Positions 1 to 8,103 of a stretch of 28,813 nt of DNA are shown one piece after another. The position numbers and the translations under genes were made by a program. The DNA lies in the NCBI GenBank assembly GCA_024275415.1, contig JAJRZD010000045.1, positions 1 to 28,813 of the forward strand, read 5' to 3'. The stretch comes from an archaeon (GTDB lineage Archaea > Asgardarchaeota > Thorarchaeia > Thorarchaeales > Thorarchaeaceae). Each line of letters starts with the position of its first letter. Within the stretch, counting starts at the first letter, position 1. The notes beneath the pieces are model-generated. The model saw nothing but the letters and a program-made list of their open reading frames with translations. It was not told the DNA's origin and made no database searches.

Positions 1-1
1 A

Positions 2-265
2 TTCTATAGAAGACTATCGTGGGATGAACCTTCACCGACTCTGGTAACATCTCCAGCTCAAAAAGGTTCGATGCTTGTTCATCCCGAAGAACCAAGACCT
101 CTAAGTATTGAAGAATATAAAAGAGTTCAAGGCTTCCCAGATGACTGGATTCTTCCGGGTTCCACTGCGACCAAATACAGGCTAATAGGAAACGCAGTGC
201 CGGTACATATGTCTTATCAAATTGCAAGTCACTTGGTGGGATACTTGGAAAGGATATCTTCCTGA
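2..265 (+). CDS. DNA (cytosine-5)-methyltransferase, C-terminal part (5' end outside window)
   Basis: Frame open from base 2: FYRRLSWDEPSPTLVTSP...HPEEPRPLSIEEYKRVQGFPDDW...YRLIGNAVP. This matches C5-MTase motifs IX (R-x-Q-x-F-P) and X (GNAV). Confidence 0.92.
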   Translation, partial: FYRRLSWDEPSPTLVTSPAQKGSMLVHPEEPRPLSIEEYKRVQGFPDDWILPGSTATKYRLIGNAVPVHMSYQIASHLVGYLERISS

Positions 266-445
266 TTTCGTTCACGAGAGAAACATTATAGGAGGGTTGG
301 ACTCGGTCGCCACGCTCGGACTTTCCTAGATCTGATAAATACGGGAATTATGAGGACTAATCAGAAACGTTTCGGTAGGGCTCAAAGAGAATTATAAGTG
401 AAGAGTAAGAGGGGGAAATTGATAAGATGCAAAGGAGGTCATTCA

Positions 446-1217
446 ATGGACGCCAATACGGTCATCTCAAAGGTTATTGGTTTCATTGAGATGTAAAATG
501 ATATCATCGCCGCATACATCTTTGAGTCAATGGCGAGCGGAACAGAGAATGCGATGAGTGACATCGACATTGCGCTTCTCATGGATGTGACAGACGACAT
601 CGTTGTTCGTATTAAAGATCTCACCAATGAACTTGGATCTTTACTTGATAGCTCGGCTCTTGATGTGGTCAGCCTTCGGGACGCTGATATCGCCCTCAGA
701 TACAATGTGATCTCCAAGGGGATTCTCTTCTTCGAGAGATATCCTGTAAAAAGAATCGCTTTTGAGAGCAGGACGACAACCGAGTACCTTGATATGCTCC
801 CAGTGATTGATGCTAACACTGTTGCTTCTCGCCTTGCAACTATTGAACAATGTAAGCGCGTGATTGATAGAACAAAAAGAAAGGGGCTTGAGCATTACCT
901 CAACGATCATGATACAAGATTACTAACTGAGAGAGCACTCCATTTGGCGATTGAAGCCAGTTCCGATATAGCCAACCATATTATTGCCTCTCGCGGCTAT
1001 CGTAGACCAACGAGTTACTTTGATATCTTCGAAATCCTTGGGTGAGGAGGCTGTCATCTCTGAGGACTTGAGCAAGCGACTGGTCAAAATGGCAAGATTT
1101 AGACATAGATTGGTTTACCTTTACTCCACTCTTGACAACAAAATCGTATTCAGTATCTTAGAGAACGAGTTTTCGGACATTCTTGAGTTTGCAGGAGTTG
1201 TATCGATGCTACTGTAA
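446..1217 (+). pseudogene. Fused MNT (minimal nucleotidyltransferase) - HEPN (DUF86/HepT-like) toxin-antitoxin gene, disrupted
   Basis: SD AAAGGAGGT at 431-439 and ATG at 446, then in-frame TAA at 494-496, then IIAAYIFES...SDIDIA (MNT motif, with canonical GS read as ES). In frame follows HEPN sequence (ERALHLAIEASSDIANHII), a frameshift near 1040, and the HEPN tail FRHRLVYLY (canonical R-x4-H has Y in place of H) ending TAA at 1217. Confidence 0.85.
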
Positions 1218-1296
1218 ACTGGGCGAGGACTAACAGGAAATCAATTTCTTGGATACTTGCTGCTACGCACAGCTGTGCGGACATTGGTGGCCTTGA

Positions 1297-1319
1297 TTGT
1301 ACAACTTACAATGAACGGT
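1297..1319 (+). repeat. 23-bp dispersed motif WTGTMCAA-N4-CMATRAAYGGT, copy 1
   Basis: TTGTACAACTTACAATGAACGGT, followed by GTTAGC and AGGAGGTG; same spacing as the copies at 3355, 3575 and 3659. Confidence 0.8.
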
Positions 1320-1510
1320 GTTAGCAGGAGGTGGGGTTCCGGCGTGCGCTTATAGTGGAAAGAATCTGACCCAGATAGTGTGCAAAGAAGACGGAAAGGA
1401 ATTCAGTGGAAAGTCATAGACATGGGTTTCCAGGATTGCTGACATACTGATTTCGTGTCCGTAATCAGATGAGATTATCCAATACAAAAATCAGACAAAT
1501 AGATTGAGGT

Positions 1511-2092
1511 TTATATACCAGTATCTTCGGGCATGATGCCATGAGGATTTAGGTCAAAATACATCAGTGTAAGGGTTCTATTGCCAAATTTCCGTTTTCT
1601 ATCTCTTGTCTTCATCCAATCATCAGGGATTTCCACAAATCCGTATGCAGAGAAGAAGTCAATGTTTTCATCATCGTCATACGCTTCAACGGTGACAAGC
1701 CTGCATCCTATAGTAGTACTGACATATTCTTTGATGTATCCAATTATCATGTCAAGCATATATGTGCCGTAGCCCTTTCGCTGTTCCGATCTCGTTACAG
1801 CAATCTGGTCTATTTTCACAGCAGGCCAGTAATCCCTGCCTTCATCTGTTGCTTGTCTCAGAGATGTTTTTGGAAGGATATAGTGTCGAAGTGACAGTGT
1901 AATGAACCCTATCAGGCAGTTGGTTTCAGCGGATATCAGAAAGTGAGTACGACTGAGACCGAGCCTCGTACATTCTTCAACACACTCGGTTAGAAAATAG
2001 CCTGTACGCTCCAGATCTGTCGATTCAAAAGAATTCAGGTTAATTTGAGTATAGTCGATTTCCCACCGGATTCTTATGGGAACGCCAGACAT
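1511..2092 (-). CDS. GNAT N-acetyltransferase, toxin-like (AtaT/TacT-type fold)
   Basis: LIGFITLS...PAVKIDQIAV...QRKGYGT (acetyl-CoA binding Q/R-x-x-G-x-G)...IGCRLVTVEA...FFSAYGF; the motif order is that of GNAT toxins. Confidence 0.8.
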   Translation of the reverse strand: MSGVPIRIRWEIDYTQINLNSFESTDLERTGYFLTECVEECTRLGLSRTHFLISAETNCLIGFITLSLRHYILPKTSLRQATDEGRDYWPAVKIDQIAVTRSEQRKGYGTYMLDMIIGYIKEYVSTTIGCRLVTVEAYDDDENIDFFSAYGFVEIPDDWMKTRDRKRKFGNRTLTLMYFDLNPHGIMPEDTGI

Positions 2093-2095
2093 GAC

Positions 2096-2590
2096 CTACT
2101 CATCCGTATCCTTTTGTAGAGAAACTGTAAGCTCCACTGATCCCTTGCCAATTCGCTCCAATGACTCCTTTTGGATGGTACTCCCAATTCGTTGAAGGGA
2201 TTTCACAGCTGAAGGGTTAGGTCTGTTCAAAAGCTCAAGGAACTTTACCGCACCTTCTTGAGTGAATTCATACGATTCATTAGTTTCAACAGAGTCATCA
2301 TCAAGAGGCAAATCTAACTCGACGTTGCTACCATCGGGGTTAGCCAAATCCCAAAGGTCTTTGCTTATCGCAGAGTAAAGTGCTTCAATCCATTCTACAG
2401 ACCCTGACAACATGAAACCTATAGGAGATTCGTTTCGATCACGAAATGCAATAGATATGGATGCCAAAGACCGCAAAATTACAGGCTCGTTATGGACAAC
2501 AGCACTAGGACTATTTACGTCTTCATCAGAAAGGTAGACACATGCCCTACCTGTGGTATCATAAACGGAATCATAAGACATTGGTATCAC
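2096..2590 (-). CDS. Hypothetical protein, candidate antitoxin of the downstream GNAT
   Basis: 164-aa ORF ending 3 bp before the GNAT start. The C-terminal segment FTQEGAVKFLELLNRPNPSAVKSL resembles the F-x-x-x-L-x-x-P-x-P-N/S tail of DUF1778-type antitoxins; the N-terminal part is not recognised. Confidence 0.6.
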   Translation of the reverse strand: MIPMSYDSVYDTTGRACVYLSDEDVNSPSAVVHNEPVILRSLASISIAFRDRNESPIGFMLSGSVEWIEALYSAISKDLWDLANPDGSNVELDLPLDDDSVETNESYEFTQEGAVKFLELLNRPNPSAVKSLQRIGSTIQKESLERIGKGSVELTVSLQKDTDE

Positions 2591-3249
2591 TCACCACCAA
2601 TTGTGGAATCAGCGACATCCTTAATGATTTCATCATGTTTCTTAATGACCAGTTTAACATCATCAAGATTTCGTCGTCGATATACTAGGTTCATGTAATG
2701 ATCACGTGGGTTTTTCACGTAAGGGCCATAGGAAAGATGCATCCAATCAGGAATTGTGTTCAATGGTTTTTGAGGGATTCCGTTACCATGTGCACAAATT
2801 GACCATGTATAAGGCTTCACTGATAACCCTGTTGTTTCATTGAGCAATGCTATCAGTTTCGAATCAGCCACTGGAGTAACATCTAATGAGTGTGCAGAAG
2901 AATAAACCCTTGAATGGATATTAAATTCATACCATTCGACTGGGGGAAAGACGTTCATGATTCTCTCTATAACTGATTGAAACTCCACAAGTGTATCTAG
3001 GACTTTGGATATGTCATTAGAGGTTATTGACAAATGTCCTTTTGCAGCATTATAATCAATTTCAATCCCGTCTTTGAACAGTTTCTGGATCACGTACTGT
3101 CCTCTATCATCGATTGCAAATGTTATTGTCCTTTCATCAACCGATTTGTATCCAATCCGCTTTGCTTCTTTTGTGATCTCAGAAAATCGCAGTGGTTAGA
3201 GTCCAGAAAAGCCTATTGTGATGGACGCACGCAAAACATCATAGTCCAT
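2587..3249 (-). pseudogene. Putative winged-helix protein interrupted by one in-frame TAA
   Basis: ATG at 3249 with GAGGG upstream: MDYDVLRASITIGFSGL*PLRFSEITKEAKRIGYKSVDERTITFAIDD..., with TAA at 3196-3198. The frame continues into the 168-aa ORF, which overlaps the next gene by ATGA. The wHTH call rests on the LRFSEI...RTI pattern only. Confidence 0.55.
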
Positions 3250-3354
3250 GTGTAACCCTCTGTACGACCTAATACAACTGAGAGAATCATGCCTAACTTG
3301 ATTATAACTGATAAATAGTTTCTTGTGCATTCGGTCATATAGGCAAAGACAGAA

Positions 3355-3377
3355 ATGTCCAAGTCACAATGAACGGT
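3355..3377 (+). repeat. 23-bp dispersed motif, copy 2
   Basis: ATGTCCAAGTCACAATGAACGGT; shares ACAATGAACGGT exactly with copy 1. Confidence 0.75.
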
Positions 3378-3520
3378 ACTCAACAATTCTGAAAATGTGG
3401 AGGGAGCGATAAGGGTTGTCAACAGCTGTACAAGACCTAGACAATCCTGGACATCTTGTTGTGGGTGCTTGTTTCGACGAGTCATACTCAGTGAGGTTAT
3501 CCATGACACACGTAGGACCT

Positions 3521-3569
3521 CACAGAGTCCACCCAGTGCCATTTTCTGGGAGTACAACACTCTGGTGTC
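3521..3569. repeat. 49-bp hairpin repeat, copy A
   Basis: 38/49 gapless identity with 5850-5898. Outer stem CACAGAGT/ACTCTG(G)TG, inner stem CCCAG/CTGGG. Confidence 0.8.
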
Positions 3570-3574
3570 AAAGT

Positions 3575-3597
3575 TTGTACAACTTGCAATAAACGGT
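3575..3597 (+). repeat. 23-bp dispersed motif, copy 3
   Basis: TTGTACAACTTGCAATAAACGGT, 21/23 identical to copy 1, lying directly after hairpin copy A. Confidence 0.8.
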
Positions 3598-3658
3598 AGA
3601 GGAATATTACCTGACTTGGGAATACCATGTCTATTGACTTCGTATGGGAAAAAGTTCA

Positions 3659-3681
3659 ATGTACAAAAGGCCATGAATGGT
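3659..3681 (+). repeat. 23-bp dispersed motif, copy 4
   Basis: ATGTACAAAAGGCCATGAATGGT followed by GTTA as in copy 1 (20/27 identical over 3659-3685). Confidence 0.7.
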
Positions 3682-3712
3682 GTTACCGAAAGGGAGGGCA
3701 CCTAGCTTGAGA

Positions 3713-3720
3713 TTTATATA
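3713..3720 (+). promoter_or_regulatory. Archaeal TATA box for the M3 peptidase gene (probably leaderless transcript)
   Basis: TTTATATA ending 23 nt upstream of ATG 3744, the spacing expected for a leaderless archaeal mRNA. Confidence 0.55.
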
Positions 3721-3743
3721 GCATCACTTTCGAAGTCGGAGTT

Positions 3744-5717
3744 ATGACCGAGGAAGGAATCATCCGAGTTTTGGATTGGAAGGTGGATCCTCCCACAATG
3801 AAGCCAAAGGCGGATGAGGTAATTGAAGAGGCAACAAAGGCTCTGGATCTTATAGCCAGCACGCCTGAAAGTAAAACAGACATTGATACTCTGCTCAACT
3901 TCGAGGAAATCCTTGCCATTGTAGGTGAGGAACTCGCGAATTTTGTGTTCCTCAAATACGTGTCAACAGACAAGAACCAACGTGATGCAGGCCATCTGGT
4001 GGAGCAAGACCTCCATAAGTTCGTGAACAAGATTTGGAGTCGGAGTGATGTCTACAAAGTCCTAGCAAGACTCGAGCCGATGATGGAGTACTTGGATCCT
4101 GAAGAGAGGACGTTGCTTGAAAAGACGTTGGACGAGTTCCGTCATCGGGGTGCAGCACTGGAAGATGAAGCAAGGATGGAGTTCCTTGAAATTGCGAACA
4201 ATATCTCGGTGCGTCAATCTGATTTCAATCGGGTACTGAACGAGATAACTGACAAGGTTCCCTGCACCGAAGAGGAACTGGAAGGAGTTCCGAGAGAGGT
4301 CTATCTGGATCTAGAGATGGAAGACGACAAATATCTACTCCCTCTGGACTATCCGATTTACTTGCCGGTAATACAATTTGCCAAGAATCCGAAGACTAGA
4401 CAACGTATGCAGATAGCATTCTTCAGAAGAGGCGGAAAGGAGAATGTGGAGAGGCTTGTAGACACTCTTTCACTGCGTGAGCGTCAGTCCAAGTTGTTGG
4501 GATTCGAGAACTATGCAGCCTATGAAATCAGCAGGAAGATGGCAAAGACACCACAGAGAGTCATGGAGTTTATGGAGGGTCTGAAGGAGAAGCTCGCTCC
4601 ATTGAGTGAGAAGGAAATCAAGCGGATGCGCGAGCTCAAGGCACAGGAGTTTGATATCGCACCAGAAGAGGCAGACCTGAAGGTGTGGGATCTGTTCTAC
4701 TATCACGAGATGATGATGCGAAAGGACTATTCCATTGACCAGAACGAAATCAAGAAATATTTCCCGATGGAGTCAGTCGTTGAGGGCGTACTTGAGGTCT
4801 ATCAGAAGGTGCTTAATCTTGAGTTCAAAGAGACCCAGAATCCTGATGTCTGGCATGAGGATGTCAGAGAGTTCAAAGTCTATGACAAGGTGGAAGAAGA
4901 GCTTCTTGGCGTATTCTATCTTGACCTCTTTCCGCGAGATGGTAAGTACAAGCACTACGCAGTGTTTCCAATCCTAGAACGGCGAAAGATAGAGGGTAAG
5001 GTCTACCTTCCCATAACATCGATGGTGGCAAACTTCCAGAAACCCACCAAGAGCCAACCATCCCTTCTTACACACAATGAGGTAGTCACATTCTTCCACG
5101 AGTTTGGCCATTTGATGCATGTGCTTTCGAACCAGACGAATTACGCACGGTTTGGACTCGATAGTGTGTTGCCCGACTTCATAGAGGTTCCTTCTAAGAT
5201 GTTCGAGAACTGGGCATGGAAAGAAGAAGTGCTCTCACTCATATCAGGATACTATGAGGACAGGACAAAGAAGCTGCCCAGTGACCAGCTACAGCGCATG
5301 ATAGATGCGAAACTCCTGAATGTAGGGACATTACAGCTGCGGCAGGTGTTCTACTCGCTAATCGACATGAAATATCATACCGAGAAGGTCGATGACACAA
5401 GCAGGACATTTATCGACCTGTTCACAGAGATAACAGGATTTGAGATGCCACCGGACATCACACCAGATGCAGGTTTCGGACATATCATGGGAGGCTATCA
5501 GGCGGGATACTATAGTTATCTCTGGTCACAGGTGTATGCAGAGGATCTGTTCACAAAGTTTGATGCAAATGGATTCATGAATGGAAAAATCGGTTATGAA
5601 TTTCGTCAGAAGATTCTCGCACCAGGTGGAAGCAAAGACCCTGATGAGATGGTCGAAGAATTCCTGGGCCGTCCATCCAACAACGAGGCGTTCTTGAGAT
5701 CACTTGGTATCAACTAA
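3744..5717 (+). CDS. M3A metallo-oligopeptidase (thimet oligopeptidase / neurolysin-like)
   Basis: FFHEFGHLMH zinc motif, DFIEVPSKMFENW third-ligand region, FYLDLFPRDGKY and GYQAGYYSYLWSQVYA; 657 aa. Confidence 0.95.
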   Translation: MTEEGIIRVLDWKVDPPTMKPKADEVIEEATKALDLIASTPESKTDIDTLLNFEEILAIVGEELANFVFLKYVSTDKNQRDAGHLVEQDLHKFVNKIWSRSDVYKVLARLEPMMEYLDPEERTLLEKTLDEFRHRGAALEDEARMEFLEIANNISVRQSDFNRVLNEITDKVPCTEEELEGVPREVYLDLEMEDDKYLLPLDYPIYLPVIQFAKNPKTRQRMQIAFFRRGGKENVERLVDTLSLRERQSKLLGFENYAAYEISRKMAKTPQRVMEFMEGLKEKLAPLSEKEIKRMRELKAQEFDIAPEEADLKVWDLFYYHEMMMRKDYSIDQNEIKKYFPMESVVEGVLEVYQKVLNLEFKETQNPDVWHEDVREFKVYDKVEEELLGVFYLDLFPRDGKYKHYAVFPILERRKIEGKVYLPITSMVANFQKPTKSQPSLLTHNEVVTFFHEFGHLMHVLSNQTNYARFGLDSVLPDFIEVPSKMFENWAWKEEVLSLISGYYEDRTKKLPSDQLQRMIDAKLLNVGTLQLRQVFYSLIDMKYHTEKVDDTSRTFIDLFTEITGFEMPPDITPDAGFGHIMGGYQAGYYSYLWSQVYAEDLFTKFDANGFMNGKIGYEFRQKILAPGGSKDPDEMVEEFLGRPSNNEAFLRSLGIN

Positions 5718-5849
5718 ACGACTTGCTCTTGGGTAAGCAAATGACTTGAACACGGATAGATGCCTTACTTGACGACTGAACGATGTGTAGGATGTGAAAC
5801 GTCCCAGTGCAAAATCGGTCTATTGAGGTTGGTCGGACACACAATACCG

Positions 5850-5898
5850 CACAGAGATTACTCGGTGTCATTCACTGAGAGGACAAAACTCTGGTGTC
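5850..5898. repeat. 49-bp hairpin repeat, copy B
   Basis: 38/49 identity to 3521-3569. Inner stem CTCGGTG/CACTGAG, outer stem CACAGAG/CTCTG(G)TG. Confidence 0.8.
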
Positions 5899-6238
5899 CC
5901 GATCCGCAATGAACGACAACGCTCTGTCAAAAAAATGTCCGTCCACAAATGACGGCTGGAAGGCTAGAAGGTCACTCTCATCTCGATTCGAGTGCCTTCC
6001 ACCTTACCATTACCTCACACGTCCTTGTTTTTGGTATCACAATATGTCGAAACAAGACATACGAGCGAGGTTTTTCTGTGATGCCCGATCTATCATGGCT
6101 ACAAGCGAGTCACAAACCTCTGTTTCTTGCACAGGTCATCCTCCCGGCGGACACATGGGTACTAGGACTGTTAACGAAATTCAATATATATTATCGTCAT
6201 ACTATAGTGAAGTATGTTGCTGATGGCGCCATTCATTA

Positions 6239-7405
6239 TCAGGATGATAGTGACAAAAGCAGTTCACCAAATCGTCTTAGCCCCTCTCTGAGCTTGTCTA
6301 CGCTGTATCCAAATCCAATTCGAAGGTGGTGCTCCGTCCCAAAGTGGCTTCCAGGGGCAATCAATACATCCTTTTCACGCCGAAGTTTCTCGACCAGATC
6401 GATGCTGGTAATATCGAGATTGTAGTGAGGAAAGCACATAGAAGCAGCCTCTGGTGGGGCATAGGTGAATACATCAGAGTTCGTGTCTAACCATGCCTTC
6501 ATGACATCCCAGTTCGCAACGACCTTTTCCCTAGCTCGTTCCTCCAACCGAACACGGTTCTCTGGCTGCAACGCGATGGTGGCCAAGTAATCGCTTAGTG
6601 CAGAGGGGCATATGGTCGTATAATCGCTGTAAGACCACAACTCCTCGGCCTTTTGACTGTCAGTGGAAATGACCCATCCGATACGGAGTCCCGGGAGCCC
6701 ATAGACTTTGGAGAGTCCCGATGTGATGAGCGCCTTCTCTGTCAGACCATATGCAGAGGGCGACTTAGAGCCGGAGAACTCAGCTCCACGATAAATCTCA
6801 TCTGAGATGAGCCAGAGTCCATGGTCATTGCTGATGTCCGCAATTGCATGCATATCAGGTTCAGACAGGATCGAGCCAGTCGGGTTGTTCGGAGTACAAA
6901 TGGCAATCGCGGCAGCATTTTGCGTAATCACGGATTTGAGTTCCTCGATATTCGGGACCCATCGGTCATCTTTCATCTCCAAATGGAAAAGACGCACCCG
7001 ACCACCAAGATTCTTCCAAATTCCATAAAGCTGCATGTAATTCGGGACGAGCAACACAAGCTCCCCTTTACGCCCGCTTTCAAGAAAGAGATTCCATGCA
7101 ACAATGAGGTTCGCCTCTGCCCCACCATTGGTGACAATGACATTGCTGGCATCGACTTTAGGATATAATGCTGCGATACACTCCCTGAGTGCTTTAGTTC
7201 CGTTCGTTTGCGTGTATCCTAGCTCGTAATCAAATAAGAACGGCCTGCTTCTGGGATCGTCTAGCAGCTCGCCCAGAGTAAGAGGTGAAACACCGCTTTC
7301 AGTAAGATTGATTTCGACCTCATGTTCCCAGTGGGACTGGAGTCGCTCAAGTTCGAAAGGTTGGAATCCCATACAATATCGCCACGTTTGCCTTAGATTC
7401 ATCAA
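6239..7405 (-). CDS. PLP-dependent aminotransferase class I/II
   Basis: TNGGAEAN, PNNPTG, SDEIY and SGLSKVYGLPGLRIGW (PLP lysine). The true start may be the ATG at 7372. Confidence 0.95.
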   Translation of the reverse strand: MMNLRQTWRYCMGFQPFELERLQSHWEHEVEINLTESGVSPLTLGELLDDPRSRPFLFDYELGYTQTNGTKALRECIAALYPKVDASNVIVTNGGAEANLIVAWNLFLESGRKGELVLLVPNYMQLYGIWKNLGGRVRLFHLEMKDDRWVPNIEELKSVITQNAAAIAICTPNNPTGSILSEPDMHAIADISNDHGLWLISDEIYRGAEFSGSKSPSAYGLTEKALITSGLSKVYGLPGLRIGWVISTDSQKAEELWSYSDYTTICPSALSDYLATIALQPENRVRLEERAREKVVANWDVMKAWLDTNSDVFTYAPPEAASMCFPHYNLDITSIDLVEKLRREKDVLIAPGSHFGTEHHLRIGFGYSVDKLREGLRRFGELLLSLSS

Positions 7406-7477
7406 TGAACGAGGTACTGTATGATTTCAATGTATCCAATACACCAAGACGAGAAGATACAGTTCTAATCGGGGTTA

Positions 7478-7990
7478 TTAGAAATCGCCCAGTTCCTCAG
7501 GCGTCTTCTTGACTCCAGTGCAGACAGAGCTGTACTCGGTGAGTTTCCACTGGCCACTAGAGTTCTTCTTCAGCTGTAATGGTGTCGGGTTGTCCTTGCC
7601 ACCGCTCTGGATGAATATCTTGTAGCCTCCCTGATAGTCCTGCTTCTTAACAACTGTCATGACTAGCTCGGACTTCTTGTACTTGTATCTGTTCTCAGGT
7701 GTCCCTCCAACATAGGACGCTGCAATCTGAGGGTTCTTCTTGAACTGTCCAATGAAATACTTGGCACTCCTGCCCAGTTTAAGTCCTGATGGACTCTTCC
7801 CGTCTTCCATGCAGTGCTTCTTGCTGACTACGACAGTCATCATGCTCTCTGCAAGTTTTGGATCCTTCTCGATGTTCAGTGCCGCGATAATATAGTACAT
7901 AATCGTGTTCTCCGGCTTTCCAGCGTCTTTCGCCCATGCAGACTTGAATTTCTTGAAGTCTGTTATCATTGGTTTCTTCACTTTGGTCAT
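7478..7990 (-). CDS. Hypothetical protein, DUF6935-like
   Basis: SYVGGTPENRY...YKIFIQSGGKDNPTPLQL...GQWKLTEYSSVCTGVK matches my recollection of the DUF6935 pattern (G-A-T-P-E-N; S-G-G-A-D-S-P-R-P); not verified by search. Confidence 0.65.
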   Translation of the reverse strand: MTKVKKPMITDFKKFKSAWAKDAGKPENTIMYYIIAALNIEKDPKLAESMMTVVVSKKHCMEDGKSPSGLKLGRSAKYFIGQFKKNPQIAASYVGGTPENRYKYKKSELVMTVVKKQDYQGGYKIFIQSGGKDNPTPLQLKKNSSGQWKLTEYSSVCTGVKKTPEELGDF

Positions 7991-8103
7991 TTCAAATCGC
8001 CATCATTATGTTGATAGAACGTTTCAAAAGTGATGCGTGTACGAAGCCTTTTTTGGAGAAATAGTGAAGTAATTGGCGAAGTGATTAACCAGTATCTTTA
8101 GAT

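Noticed and set aside
1297-1324. 23-27 bp motif as a Xer dif site or CRISPR repeat
   Set aside because: There is no 11-6-11 dyad symmetry, and the copies are irregularly spaced (84 bp to over 2 kb) with no spacer periodicity.
1351-1415. Two AGTGGAAAG copies resembling archaeal origin recognition boxes
   Set aside because: They lack the TCCA start and G-string of ORB elements, and there is no AT-rich unwinding element or cdc6/orc1 gene nearby.
3213-3705. ORFs 3213-3701 (-) and 3397-3705 (+)
   Set aside because: No recognisable motifs, atypical composition, and they overlap the repeat cluster and promoter region.
3468-6056. 11-bp inverted repeat CTTGTTTCGAC / GTCGAAACAAG bracketing the peptidase region as transposon ends
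   Set aside because: Short enough to arise by chance, with no transposase and no target-site duplication seen.
5894-6425. ORFs 5894-6223 and 5949-6425 (+)
   Set aside because: No motifs; they overlap the repeat copy and run antisense into the aminotransferase 3' end.
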